Positions 34,531-46,839 of a stretch of DNA of 64,000 bases are shown here, one piece after another (position 1 is the stretch's first letter; every line of letters begins with the position of its first letter). Source of the stretch: Amoebophrya sp. A120 (lineage: Eukaryota; Protista; Dinoflagellata); contig CAJINV010000001.1 of NCBI GenBank assembly GCA_905178155.1, positions 5,832,750 through 5,896,749 on the forward strand, given 5' to 3'. Below the pieces are notes generated by a model. That model was not told the DNA's origin, searched no databases, and saw only the letters and a program-made list of their open reading frames with translations. Both the position numbers and the translations under genes were made by a program.

Positions 34531-37500
34531 ATGGCGTCCCCTTCGAAGAAGGTGTACGACCCAAAGGAGCTAGAGGACGATCCCGACCTGCTCGAGTACG
34601 GAAAATGGCTGGATTTGCAGAAGAAATCGCGGCAACCGGCGGTCCAGTTCGAAACGAAGGAGTACGGGCAAATTGCGAGGTACTTCTCTAATGGATCAAG
34701 TTTGCAATTTTGAGTCTTCTTTTACATTTTTGACACAAAGTGGATGTGCATCTTGCATGTTCTTGCTGAAGTATAGATGGGCCTCGACGTTCTTGAGAAT
34801 CAAAATGAAAATGAAATCGTTCCGCCCTGAAATAAATTATCCAACAGGCTGTGCATGATCCCCGTGATGCACGGTGGCCCGGACCCGCCGATTCGGGGCT
34901 ACGACTACGATCCGGAGATCCACGCGGCACCCCCGCAGGACGAAAATCCGTGGGAACTGGCGAGTCAGCTGCACTGCACGCAGGCGATGGAAAACATCCT
35001 GAACGCGCGTGGGGAGAACGATTTCCTCAAGGAGCGGAAAAACGTGATTTCGTTTCTGGGCGCGCCCGGCTGCGGGAAGTCCGTTTTGCTGAAACTTCTG
35101 CTCGCTACCAACCCAAATCGGCGGGACGGCGAGGACGCCTGCCGCGTGGCCACGCAGTACTACCCGGTCCGGGAAGTGGAGATGAAGAAGTTCAAAGTGA
35201 GGAGGTACTTGGAAGCGAAGAAAGGCCGACGCGGCCGCGGGTCCACGAGTAGTGCGTCGCCCTCGCCAAGCCCGACCGGAAGAGGGGGGCGGAGAGGGAG
35301 CGCTTCGCCGAGCGGAGGTGCGGCTGGGACGAACGAGAATAATTCCCTGATGAACACGACTTCAAACACAGTTGCAGGAGGAGAACTATTAAATGGTTCA
35401 ACAGCACCTTCCGCAGTAGATCCGCAGTCGCCTACCAACGGCGCGGAGTCCACCTCCGGCCAGCAGGCCGCCGCGAGCCCGGAGATGATCTACGACATTG
35501 AGGACAAATTTTTCTTCTACCGACGGCAGTTTAACCGGTTCCGCGAGGCCAACGGCGACCACATGCCGCCGCTGAAGATGCCGCCGACGGAAGGGATCCA
35601 CTTTCACCACTGGAAGGAGCACGAGGTGCTGCTGCTGGACACCACGGGCATGAACTTCTTCGGGGAAACGCCGGAGGAGCTAGCGGCCATGGTGGAGACG
35701 ACGACGAAGGATTTCAATGCGGATCCCGGGAAGGAGAAGGCGACGAGGAAGCGGAGAAAAAAGAAATCCACCTACTACGCCGAGGAGAAGGAGACCGAAA
35801 CGGACATTTGGGACGACAGCTACAAGAACTTCCTGCCGCCCCTGCTCTATGGGTTGAGCGGCATCTTGGTTCTCTGCGTCCCCTACGAGTGCGACTACGT
35901 GGACTTCGTGGAGAACACGTTGCGCGCCATCATCGCCAAGGTGCGCAACGCGCCCCGGCCGGCGTTGGTGCTCGTGCGGATCCGGAAGAAAAGGAAGGAA
36001 GACGACATGCGGGACGAGGCAGCGGAGCAGGAGAATTTCGACAAGAAGAGGCTCGCCGAACAACGGCGGCGGGACCGGAAGTTGCAGCGCGAGACGAAGC
36101 GCATGAATCTCGACAGTTTGATGGGCGGCACGACCACGAGCATGGTGACGACGTTGGATGGCGGGCTGACGCTGAATTTACCGCTCGACCAAGGCGACGA
36201 CGACGAGGACCTGGAGGAGAATCCGCAGATGCCCGACGGCATGCCCAACGCGGTCGGGGCTGCGGTGAAGGAACCAGCAGACGCTCAGGGGGAGCGGCCC
36301 GGCACGAAAGAGTCCTCGGCCGGCGGCGACAGTTTACTACTGCCGCCTTTAAGTCACAGCACCGGCACCGGGACCAGGCCGGGCACGACGGACAACGCAC
36401 TTGTACCGGATAAAGGCGATACTGCAGCCGCGGGGGAAGGGGAGGTAGGTGTAGCGGTCGCAGAGAAAGCCGATGGTGTAAATGAAGCAGATGCTGAACA
36501 AAATCAACCAGGAACAAACGAACCCAGCAGAGACAACCTCCAGTCGGGTATAATTTCCAAGCGTGAGCAACTCGAAGAGGAGGAAGAAGAGGAGGAGGAG
36601 GAGGGCGGCAGGAGACATAAGTACAAAGCGAGCACCTCCTTCATGGATGAGTTCGACGACGAGGACGAGCAGCAGCAGAATAAAAGCTCGTCGTCCGAGG
36701 CGTTTTTCACGGACATGGACGAGCCGGTGGATACAAGCAAGTCCACCTCGATTCTGGAAGAAGATTTCCTGGACCCGACGAAACTCGACGAGATGCTCGG
36801 CGAGAAGGCGGAGCTTCCCTACATAAAGGGCGAGCAGTTCGACTTTTACACCACCGACACGCCGGACGAGCTGAAGAGGTTTCAGCTGTACTTCCACAGC
36901 ATCCGCATTTTCACCATGGATTCCTATCCCGGGCTCACGTTCGAGAAAAGCAGGCGGTTCATCAAGCAGCTGCAAATCCTGCGAAATTACTTGTTCGACC
37001 TCCAAGACTCTATGAACGAGCTGAAACAAGGACCCGCGGGCCGGTCGACGGTGCAGCAGGACGCGGAGTACAAAATCTGCCTTCCGGTGTGGCACGGTCT
37101 GTCGAACTACCACGTTTTGTACCTGCTCAAGGTGCTCGTCGCCTGGAGTAATCTGAAGTTCCCGCTCTACATGGCCCTCGGGGCGGCGTACATAACCGCC
37201 CACGTACCCAACGTGTCCGATTTGCGCTTGGTAAACTTCCAAGTTATGCGCGCGTTTGTGGCGGACTTGCTTTCGCCAAGGGGCGGCCGGGTGCAGGAAA
37301 GTCTAGATTTGCGGTGGACAGCGGCAATCTCGGCGATTGCCAGGTATGGTTAGTTGGATTTTCATTTCTTTCCCTTGTTTTCGCTATACGTATACAGGCG
37401 GGCGGTTCTTCATTTTTGCACCTCCGCATCTTCGAGATCTTTTGAGTAACTAACTGAAATTTCCAGGTACGTCGTGAAAATGGGTTCCACGCTGCGCGAT

Positions 37501-40424
37501 CAAGACTACTGGCTACTGCAAAACGAGTTGATGCAGTGGCTGCCATGCTCCGCCACCTCAAAGCACCCAGAAACCGGCGAGATCTCGACCTGCTCGCAGC
37601 CGCGTGCGTTGCACGGCCTGATTCACCGCTGTGACCGGACCGGGTGCGTGTGGCCCGGCGAGTACCAGACGCCCAAGTGGACATTCAACCCCATCGAACA
37701 AGCCGTGGAACTTCTTGCAGCCTACGAGGCCGTCGTCCGGGCACCGGAGAAACTTTCGATGACGGAAGCCAACATGCCGGAACACGAGCGCCCGGACAAG
37801 AAGGACGAGGCCTTTTTCGAGCGCACGGCGAACACCGGCGGGTTTGACCTGTTCTCCGACCGGGTGAGCGACCAGTTCGGCCCGCCCTTTTGCGCGCTGT
37901 GCTTCAAGGTGATGATGCGCGACGAGGAAGTGCTCCGGGAGCTGAACCGCGACCGGAATCGAGAAGCGCTGCTAGAAACCGCGTTGGACCGGAAAGACAA
38001 GATTTTGGAGGAAAAGGAAAGGAAACGCATCGAGCGGGAAGAGAAGAAGCGGATCGCGAAGGAAGCGACGAGCAAAGTGAAGAAAAAGGGGTTGATGGCC
38101 GGGAAGTTGCGGAAGGTCTTAAACCCGAGCGGCTTCCGATCTGGGTCTCCTTCCTCACGCTCCCCTTCCCCCGGGAAGAGAGACTCCAAGGATAGTGCCA
38201 ACGACGCCGCTACGCCCGAGCCGAAGCGCAGGCCGGACCTGTCGCCGGACAGTCCGGATTACAGTCCCGTGTGCCTGGAGGTCGACGACGAGGACAGTCT
38301 CTCACCCTACCAGCGAGGCCTGCGAGAAAGGGGTTTAAGGCGGACGAATGAACGGAAGAAGGTGCTGATGGCCCAGGGCTTCGGCGAGGCGGCCTACCCC
38401 GACTTGAAACGCATCCTCGCCGAGCAGGAGGAAAAAGAGCGACAGCGGCAGGAGATCGAGCGCCAGCGGCGCATGGCGGCGGAGCGGGAAGATCTGAAAG
38501 TGTCCGCCGGCCACAGACTCTTGAAGCAGCGAGCGATTTCCCGCGAGCACATGCGGCAGAAGTCGAAAGACGACGGCGCCTCGACCTCGGGTGTGTCCCG
38601 CGAGCGATCCGCGTTCGGCTCCCCGAGCAAACATCTGCAGGAGGAAGACGATGCGAAAGTCGTTCCTCTGCCCGACATCGCAGAAACCCTGAAAAACCAC
38701 AAGTGGTACGTGGCAAAAGCGGGCATGGCACGCGTGGAGCAGCGCGAGGGTGTGTGTGTAGAAATGGACGCGCACCTGGGGACGATATTTGAGAAGGAGG
38801 GGTACGAAAATGACTGCTTGGAGAATAACGCAGCGAATGAGAAGCCGTCCCCGAAGAAATACCTCTCCGGTCTGACGCAAGTCGAAACCGCGCACAGCCC
38901 GTTAAGGAAACGAGACTACGAAGCCCGATTGACTACATACGACAAGGCCACGTATTTGCGCGATCACCACCGCACGGTGAGTGAGCGCTTCGCGGACATA
39001 ATGAGCCGTCCGCCCGTGGTGCGGGACAACCGTGGCGCGCTGGTGGTTCCGAAAAAACTGGACGAAAATTCCCTGGAAAGCGCTATAATAGCCGGTGTGG
39101 ACACAGAAGCGATCACGAGGGAGCAATACATGCGCGAGGCGCAGGTAAGACTAAAAGAGGGTGGTTATTTTCACGGGTGATTTGTGCAGCAGCCCATAGA
39201 TACAGGAGCTTTTTGTTGATGAATTGAAACCGAAACGACGTTTTGAGCTTCTAGTGTCAGCGAAAAAATTACTCTATCTATCAGAACGGCTTCGATTCCG
39301 AGCAGCGGGAGTGGATCGAGCAGACGTTTCGCAACACGAGTTCCCGGTACATTCGCTTCTGCCCGGATTGCTTCGGCGGGTACAAGCGGCACTACCGCCA
39401 GCGCGGCGTCCCGGATCGAAACAAATACGAAGAGAACTGGCAGCCGCCCGAGCGCGTGCCCGAGATTTTCGAGCCGGTGCCCTTCCGCAATGCCCGGGGC
39501 CACTTTTTCCGGCACCCGTACACCGGCGAGTTCGAGGCGTACTGCGAGCCCAACCCGATCAAGAACATCCCGAAAATCCGCATAAACTACCCCGAAACCC
39601 GGCCCTACCTGTACGAAAGGAAAGACAACATCCACGATTTAGTGATTCCCGGGGGCAACAAGGAGCCCTTTCGGGTCACCATGTACCAGGACCTGGCTAT
39701 TCCGCCAATCTTGGTCGAGCAAGACCGCAAGTGCTGCGCGCTCTGCGGCAAGCGCGACGCAAATTTCGCACTTGTGCAGCCCTGCTTCCACCGGTTTTGT
39801 CTCGAGTGTATTCTCGACTGGACGGACTTCAACCACGACATGTCGGAGTGCATCGCGGAGTACGAACTACCTTTACCGTCCGGGACCTTTATGGGCCGGC
39901 TCGCGGACGTGGACAAGCTCAAGCCGAAAAAGTGGTGCCCCGTGTGTCGGGAACACGTGCGGAAAGTGGTGTTGCTGGACGCCTTGCAGTACAGCATCGG
40001 CGATGGAATCGTCGACATCGAAGATTGGGCGAAGGGACAAGGGTACCACTTTCTTATGTCTGCCGGCAGATCATCATCATCTTGTAAATTGCTTTTTCGG
40101 TCGGTTTTTCTATTCGTATGTTTTTTGGTATTCGTTTTGAGCACGAATCAAACACAAACTGTATCAAAAAGACAAGAAGTACGCCAATAACACAGGTACG
40201 TGCCCTACCCGGCGCGACCGCAACAGGAGCCGGAGCTCCGGCAGCACCTGGAGTATCCCACCTTCCGCAACTCCGCGAGAAAAACGCAGTGGTTCTTCGA
40301 GCAGCACAAACGGGGCTACATGTTCATGCGAAAACTCAAGATCAAGCGCAAGCACCACAAGCAGGTCACGGCAGCGGCCACAACGACCGGTGGGGACGAC
40401 GCAGGCTCAGAAGAGGACGCGTAA
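34531..40424 (+). CDS. GBP/atlastin-like P-loop GTPase with C-terminal RING finger (~1769 aa); inferred exons 34531-34679, 34848-37343, 37467-39144, 39285-40042, 40196-40424
   Basis: Motifs ISFLGAPGCGKS, TEGIHF and VLLLDTTG. RING pattern CALC-x11-CFHRFCLEC...CPVC. Four GT-AG introns are all phase-consistent. Confidence 0.65.
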
Positions 40425-41463
40425 AAACTAGAGTGTGCTGAAGCTGCACCAGCCGAACTCAACAATCATGGAAGTCATGCTCAGGCTTTCGCGCACAAAG
40501 TTTTCACTTTTCATCTAAAACTCACAAAAATTGAGTGGTTTTTCCTTTCACTAAAGTACGTTTTTTCGCAATGTTTTTCACTGCCTGCTCAAGACAAGGA
40601 GGCGCGAGCAGTAACTGAGGGCGAGTGATTCACTTACACTATTTGGCTAACTAGAATTCAAAGGAGGTACGAAAGTTTTTTTCGTGTAACTACTACCCTT
40701 GAAAACGTTTTTGTCCACACGTATTGCGCTCCCCCCATCATCTGTACTTTCCCTTTGACGATGATTCGCACTGTATGTCAAGATCTGGACCAATTTAAGA
40801 AATGCTTCCCGCATCATGCACATACGACGTACTGCAGTAATTCTAATTTAAAGGCCTTGTCGGTGTTCCCATGTGGTTGTCTTTTTTTTTTCCACTGTCA
40901 TCATCGATACCTGGCTGGTATCCACATCAAGCAGTCGAAGTCGGTAAAGTCCAAGCTTGCTCCGCTCCATGACGTGCGTACGAGATCCCTGAGTAATGAA
41001 AGATCGCAGTGATCACAGGAACGCGAACTCCATGCAGGCGTTCCACTGGCTACCAATTCCACGTGCATTGGTTCCCTCCTCATCTGAGATATTTCCAGCA
41101 GATTTCATTCTCGGATCGACATGCAAGGTAGATGAGCAGAAGATGATGTGAAACGACAGACGAAAAAATCGAAACAGGAGCTGAATAGATGTATTAGTAC
41201 TACACTTGATGGCCTTTGAGTTCCCCGTCCTCTCAAGAGTACAGCAATCAAGTTTTGCTTTTTTTTCCCCAACAAAAAGACCTTCTACAACGGCAAAATT
41301 CTTTTCTTTGTCCTCACACCCCTGCCGCGCAAAGCCGCGGGCACCTTCAATATCATCTTCCCACTTCGTTTTTTTAAACGACTTTGACAAAATTTATCCC
41401 AAACCTTCCCTCCTCTGTACTTTTCGGACTTCAAAAAGAAGAAGTTTTTCCGCCACAACCACC

Positions 41464-43403
41464 ATGCCCGAGTTCCCGTACGTCATTGTGGGTGGCGGCA
41501 ACGCCTCCGGTTACGTTGTACGAACGCTGGTGGAAAATGGCGTTGCGGGGTCGGACATTTGCCTGGTCGGGAGCGAGGAGAAGCACCCGTACGAACGGCC
41601 GGCCCTCACCAAAGCCTATTTGCACGCTCCCGGATCGAAGGTACGAGCGAGGCTGCCCGGGTTTCACACCTGTGTTGGAGGGGGTGGCGAGAGGCAAACG
41701 CCGGAATGGTATCAAAAGAGGTTGTTGTGGTTTTGGTGTTGAAATCCGGTTTTGTAGTTCAACTCTCGTAGCGTGTTTTTTCCCTTGCAGACCGACGGCT
41801 GCGCGCTGCAAGGAAACTCTTTAAAAATATCTAAGGGCCCGATAAATCAACTGTTTGCAGCTTCAGGACCCTCACCGTCCAAGGTTGGATGAAAACATAC
41901 TATCAGGTACGGAGAAAAGGGAGTTACCGTGAAGCTGGGCACGAAAGTAACAGCGCTGGATAGTGGCAAAAAGTGCGTCTCAACGTCTAGCAACGAAGAA
42001 ATCACTGCACAGAAGGCGTTGTTTGTGGCCACGGGCTGCAACCCAAGAATTTTCGATATGTACAAAGGGTCCAACGTTTCACTCGTGCGAAACGAAGCAG
42101 ACTGCGCTGCACTGGTGTCCTCCATGGAGGGAGGGAAGGATTTGAAGCTGGTATGATGAATAGTTTTTTATTGCTCGCTGACCTGATGTTTGCTACGCCT
42201 ACGATGATGCTGATCACAAGTTGTATGCCGCAAGATGTTCATCTTACACAAGAAACCGGAAGAAGAACTTTTCCACAGCGAGCAAAACTACCCTCAGGTC
42301 GTTGTTGGCGGTGGGTACATTGGGCTCGAGGTGACCGCGGCAGCCGTGGGTTGGGGCGAGAATCTTGCGTCCGTCACAATTTTGAACATGGACCCCATGT
42401 GCCTGCAGCGCATCTTCTGGGACGCGCCGGAGTTTTCGAAGATGCTCCAGGCCAGCGTGGAGAGCGAAAGCCACCCGGTAAAGTGCACTGTGAAAAACGG
42501 TATCAAAATTTCCAACGTGGTCAAAAGCGCGGACGGGAAGATCACGGCGATCGAAACCGAAGACGGTGCGAGCTACCCCTGCGACCTGGTGGTGCTCGGG
42601 CTGGGAGCCACCCCCGCAACAGAATTCATGCCCAAGGAGAGCTTGTCCAGCAGGGGATACATCAACGTACTTGATTTAGAACTTGTGTTGGTGCGAGCAG
42701 CGAGCGAGGACATCATCTGAAGTTGTTCATTACTGCAATGTCTTCCACGGACAAATCAGGAGCTGCTGCGCACAGGATGCAAATGAAGATGTTTGTGGTG
42801 CTCTTTGTCATCTGTGGACCACATGAAACTAAAACAGGTGGACAGCTCGTTGAAATTTGCGGACGGCTGCTTCGCCCTGGGCGACTGCTGCTCCTTTCCG
42901 CTCCAAGGAGAGGAAACGGTCTTCGAGCACGTGTTTCACGCGCGCGCCTCGGCGAAGCACGCCGCCCTGACCGCGCTGGGCCAGACGGCAGACGCGTACA
43001 GCCCCATGTCGTTCTTCTACTCCAGGATGTTCGAGTATTCAGACAAGCCGTTGATATGGAACATGTGGGGCACGCGGACCTCCAACGCAGCGCCGCACTT
43101 GGAGAAGAAAGACAACGGGTTCACCTGCGTTTGGGTACTATGATTTGGTGGACATTTTTGTAGTGTCATTAATTCACAACTCCAGTCAACTTGTTCTTTC
43201 CTTGCTTCGCAAAACTACGGTGAAGAAAAGAGTTTGGTACCTGCATGCTTTTACCGTTAATTCAAGAATCTGAAAAATCTCCTTTTCAGGTCGAAGGCGG
43301 AAAGTGTGTTTCGGCTTGCATTATGATGCAGAACCCAGCGCCAACGCAAGAACAGCTGGACGCGTGCAAGGCGTTGATCGGACAGCCCTATCCTGCCGCT
43401 TAA
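41464..43403 (+). CDS. MDAR: Monodehydroascorbate reductase; inferred exons 41464-41708, 41907-42150, 42298-42666, 42838-43134, 43290-43403
   Basis: Motifs YVIVGGGNASGY, PYERPALTKAYL, ARLPGFHTCVGGGGERQTPEWY, VVVGGGYIGLE, EHVFHARASA and FFYSRMFE. Four GT-AG introns are phase-consistent. Confidence 0.9.
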
Positions 43404-44274
43404 GCAAGAGAGATTCTCTGGGTCAAAAAAGTATCAAGCTCTCGGCGCGGCGAGTCGCTTGTTCGGCCGACGCAAGGTCGTCCTGCGCGACAGTCTTGTG
43501 TGCGTAGAAACGATAGGAGGGGCGTGATCGAAAGTGGTTAAGAGTGACAGAAGTGACATTGGTATTAAACTGAAAGTGGCTTCATACAACTACATCAGAG
43601 TAAATTATCCTCCTCCGCGTGCGGATAGCAGCCCTGATGCAAGAGCTTGCCGTTGGACGACTTGCGTGCCGCGAGGACTGCTGCAGCCGTTTTGTTTGAT
43701 CTTTCTGCGCGGACAAAGCTGTGACTCCACGGTCCACACGCGTACGTGAACAAGAATGGGGACAACTCCAGCACGAAGATCATCCGATGCTGAAGGATCT
43801 GTGTCTAGGTGTGAAGATAGAAGTTCAAGTTCCCGGAAGTAAGAGTAGACTAAACAAGATCGACATGAAAAGAACTGCCGTGGCAGTTTAAGCATTGCAG
43901 CGCAGCTCGCTGACCCTTTGCAAAAGTTTTGTTTTCACGGGGAGTTCAATTTTTGCTTTTTGTTTTTGTTGCTGACTTCATTTTCAAGCGCGATACGATC
44001 ATGTTTACGATCGCGGAAATGAATCCAAAATGCCTCGAGAGAAAAAGATCCTTTCTGGATGAGAAAAAGATCCTTGTTGTGATGATCCGTTTTCCGTTTC
44101 CCCTGCCTTTACGTACTTTTTGTTCTAACAAGCTTTTTCAATGTAGTCTTTACTTTTGCGTTTGTGTTTGGTTCAAGAAGTGATAAGCGAGCAACACGAG
44201 CTACTAGTCCAATCTTTCGCCTGCCGAAAGAATTCCCTCTTTTACTGGACACGGGTTACCGGATACCGGTTCAC

Positions 44275-46263
44275 ATGACGCAGCGGACGGAGACAGGTTT
44301 GCCGCAGCGCCCCATCCGGTGTTTCATGAATGGTTGCTTCGACCTGCTGCACTTTGGCCACATAAACGCGCTGCGACAGGTGCGCCAGTATCGGCTTGAG
44401 GACTTGTACGAAGTAGAGACAACTCGACGAAGGTCTTCTTCCCCAGAACACAAAACGGCGGCGCGGAACAATTCGACACAAGGAAGACAAAATAGTGCGT
44501 TTCCATATCAAGAAAATGACTTGTACACTACAACACCACCAGGAGGAGCGCTACCTCCAGCGACTTTCGGAACAGCGGCCGTTGTCAATGATACGTCCTC
44601 GGAGGATCTGGTACCCTTCGTGGCGCCAGATTCCAGTTCGTCCGAAGAAATTTTATCGAAATCCACGATCGAGACGGAGCGAGAGCGGCACAACGAGCTT
44701 CAGAGGTGCGGCGGAACTACATCAAAGAGCGGAATGTTGGAACGAGGGAGAAATGAAGTAAACCTGCGGCCACATTATCCCTCAAATAACTCAATGAACC
44801 TGCCGGCCGTTTCGGCAGCAGGTATCAAGAGGAACAAGATCCACGTAATCGCCGGCATCCACAGCAATGAGGAAATTCGGCGCGTCAAGGGCGGGGCCTT
44901 TCTGAGCAGTGAGGAGGAAAAGGAACGACTCCTCCGGGCCTGTCGCTTCGTAGACGAAGTGGTGCTGGACGTTCCGTACGGGGTCATTCTGCCGGAAAAG
45001 TACGATGCGGACTTCGTGATGCACGGCGACGACGAGATCAAGCTTCCGGACGGCCGGGATATGTACTGTGAGGTGAAAGCCGCGGACAAATTCCGCTACA
45101 TTCGCCGCACCGAGGGCATTTCGACGACGTTGATGGTGGAACGGTTTCTTCAGGATGCTGGTGGGCATCTACAACTTCATGGCGACACGATGAACGGGCA
45201 TAGTGCTGCTGTGGATGTTGTTGGTCACAGCGGTAAAAACGCATCTCCTTCACTTGTGGAGACCGGCGCCGCAGCTGCACAAGCAACTGAGCAAGGAGAA
45301 GCAGATGGGTGGTCCCCCCCCTGCCAAGATACGACTAGAGTTGCAAGGAGTCCGGCTTCGCCGAAGGGTGGAGCAGGTGGGTCTAGCAGTCGCGTGCTCG
45401 ACGCCTTTCGAGTGGCGCAGCATCGCGCGTCGTCGCAATCGCAATCTCCAGTGGGGGGAAAGGAGCGTTCCGTCGTGGCGATGAACAGTGCGCCTGTAGT
45501 AGTGCAGGACATCATGCTAGCCAGTGCGACGCGCATCGCGCGTTTCGTGGCCGCAGTGCAGGAAGAGGTGGAGGAACAGCAAAGTACTGAGAAGCTGGTG
45601 CGGCAACCGGCGGGAATTTTCCAGCGGGTAGTGGTCTACGTCCAGGGGTACTGGGATCTGTTGCACGTGGGCTACCTCGACATTTTGGAAGAAATTTACC
45701 GAAGGGAAGCGGGAAGGACGGTCTACCTGATTTGCGGAGTCAACAGCGAGGATGTTGGTCTTCAAACGGAAGGAGATCTTGCAGACACGGCATGTCGACG
45801 ACGCGCCCCCTGTTTCCAAACGGTACACGAGCGAGGGCTAGCGCTTCTTGCGCTTCGCCACGTCAGCGACGTTGTGTTTGGCACGCTTTCGCGGGGCAAC
45901 TACTGCTCTGAGGGGTTTCGCCGCAGTCTCGGGATCGACGTTGTTTACCAGGTGTCGAATCACTGGGATTTCGTTTGCGACGAAGGTACCGTAGCAGACG
46001 AGAACTACGCCAACTCTGCTGCAACTGAAAGTGATGCTGACGGTGGTGAGGCAGTAAGCGACACATCGGGAAATGATGGCCAGTCGCGACATAAGCAGAC
46101 CAGTACTGGTCACATCAAAACCATCAACGGCAAGGGAATTTTGAGTAGCAAAGACATCGTAGAGCGCTTCGCACGGAACAGGACAGATTTTCTAAAGCGC
46201 AATACTGTGAAGCGCGAGCCAGAAATGGCGAAGCATGGCGAAAAAACTGTTTCTGCTGCGTAA
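44275..46263 (+). CDS. PCYT2: Ethanolamine-phosphate cytidylyltransferase with two CT domains
   Basis: N-domain motifs GCFDLLHFGH, IAGIHS, ACRFVDEVV, FVMHGDD and RTEGISTT. Second domain VVYVQGYWDLLHVGY...ERGLALLALRHVSDVV. Confidence 0.85.
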   Translation: MTQRTETGLPQRPIRCFMNGCFDLLHFGHINALRQVRQYRLEDLYEVETTRRRSSSPEHKTAARNNSTQGRQNSAFPYQENDLYTTTPPGGALPPATFGTAAVVNDTSSEDLVPFVAPDSSSSEEILSKSTIETERERHNELQRCGGTTSKSGMLERGRNEVNLRPHYPSNNSMNLPAVSAAGIKRNKIHVIAGIHSNEEIRRVKGGAFLSSEEEKERLLRACRFVDEVVLDVPYGVILPEKYDADFVMHGDDEIKLPDGRDMYCEVKAADKFRYIRRTEGISTTLMVERFLQDAGGHLQLHGDTMNGHSAAVDVVGHSGKNASPSLVETGAAAAQATEQGEADGWSPPCQDTTRVARSPASPKGGAGGSSSRVLDAFRVAQHRASSQSQSPVGGKERSVVAMNSAPVVVQDIMLASATRIARFVAAVQEEVEEQQSTEKLVRQPAGIFQRVVVYVQGYWDLLHVGYLDILEEIYRREAGRTVYLICGVNSEDVGLQTEGDLADTACRRRAPCFQTVHERGLALLALRHVSDVVFGTLSRGNYCSEGFRRSLGIDVVYQVSNHWDFVCDEGTVADENYANSAATESDADGGEAVSDTSGNDGQSRHKQTSTGHIKTINGKGILSSKDIVERFARNRTDFLKRNTVKREPEMAKHGEKTVSAA

Positions 46264-46839
46264 GTACGCAATATCGGAAACGCATTCATTTTTGGATTGA
46301 ATCATGGAAGCTTCGCAAAATATCAAATTATGGATGCATCCTGATTTTCTCCCCGGAAACATGTTCATTCTGCAGCGTTCCAGACATGGAATGTTCATCC
46401 ATTGATCGAGCTCGGGTCGGAAAAAGTGTGTGTCGTTTTCGTTAATCGTCTCGTGGAATCGCGCGTTTACGCTTTTGCAAGTTCTAGATCTTCATCGTGA
46501 GTGTGTGCTTCGTGTATCGTAATCGTCACGGTCGTCGGGTGATCTTTCGTGTTCTGCGCACCGCCGTACAGCTGCACGTATCGGTTGATTGACATATAGT
46601 TGTATTAAAACCTAGTACGTTTTTCAGGTTATTCTGCATTTCTCATCAAAAACATAGACGACGCAGAAGGTTTTTTTCATGTTGGCAGCTAAAATCAACT
46701 GTATACGCGGATTGATGGTTATTAGATTGCTGTGAATTTCTTTCGGCGTTTTTCCAGTACCTACCTATACAATAACGATACAAGACTGACATTGACAATA
46801 AAGACATCGAAAGAGAGTCGAAGCCTGAATTTCGACAAA

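Noticed and set aside
43430-43560. GC-rich, possibly structured segment downstream of MDAR
   Set aside because: No recognisable tRNA, snRNA or snoRNA boxes.
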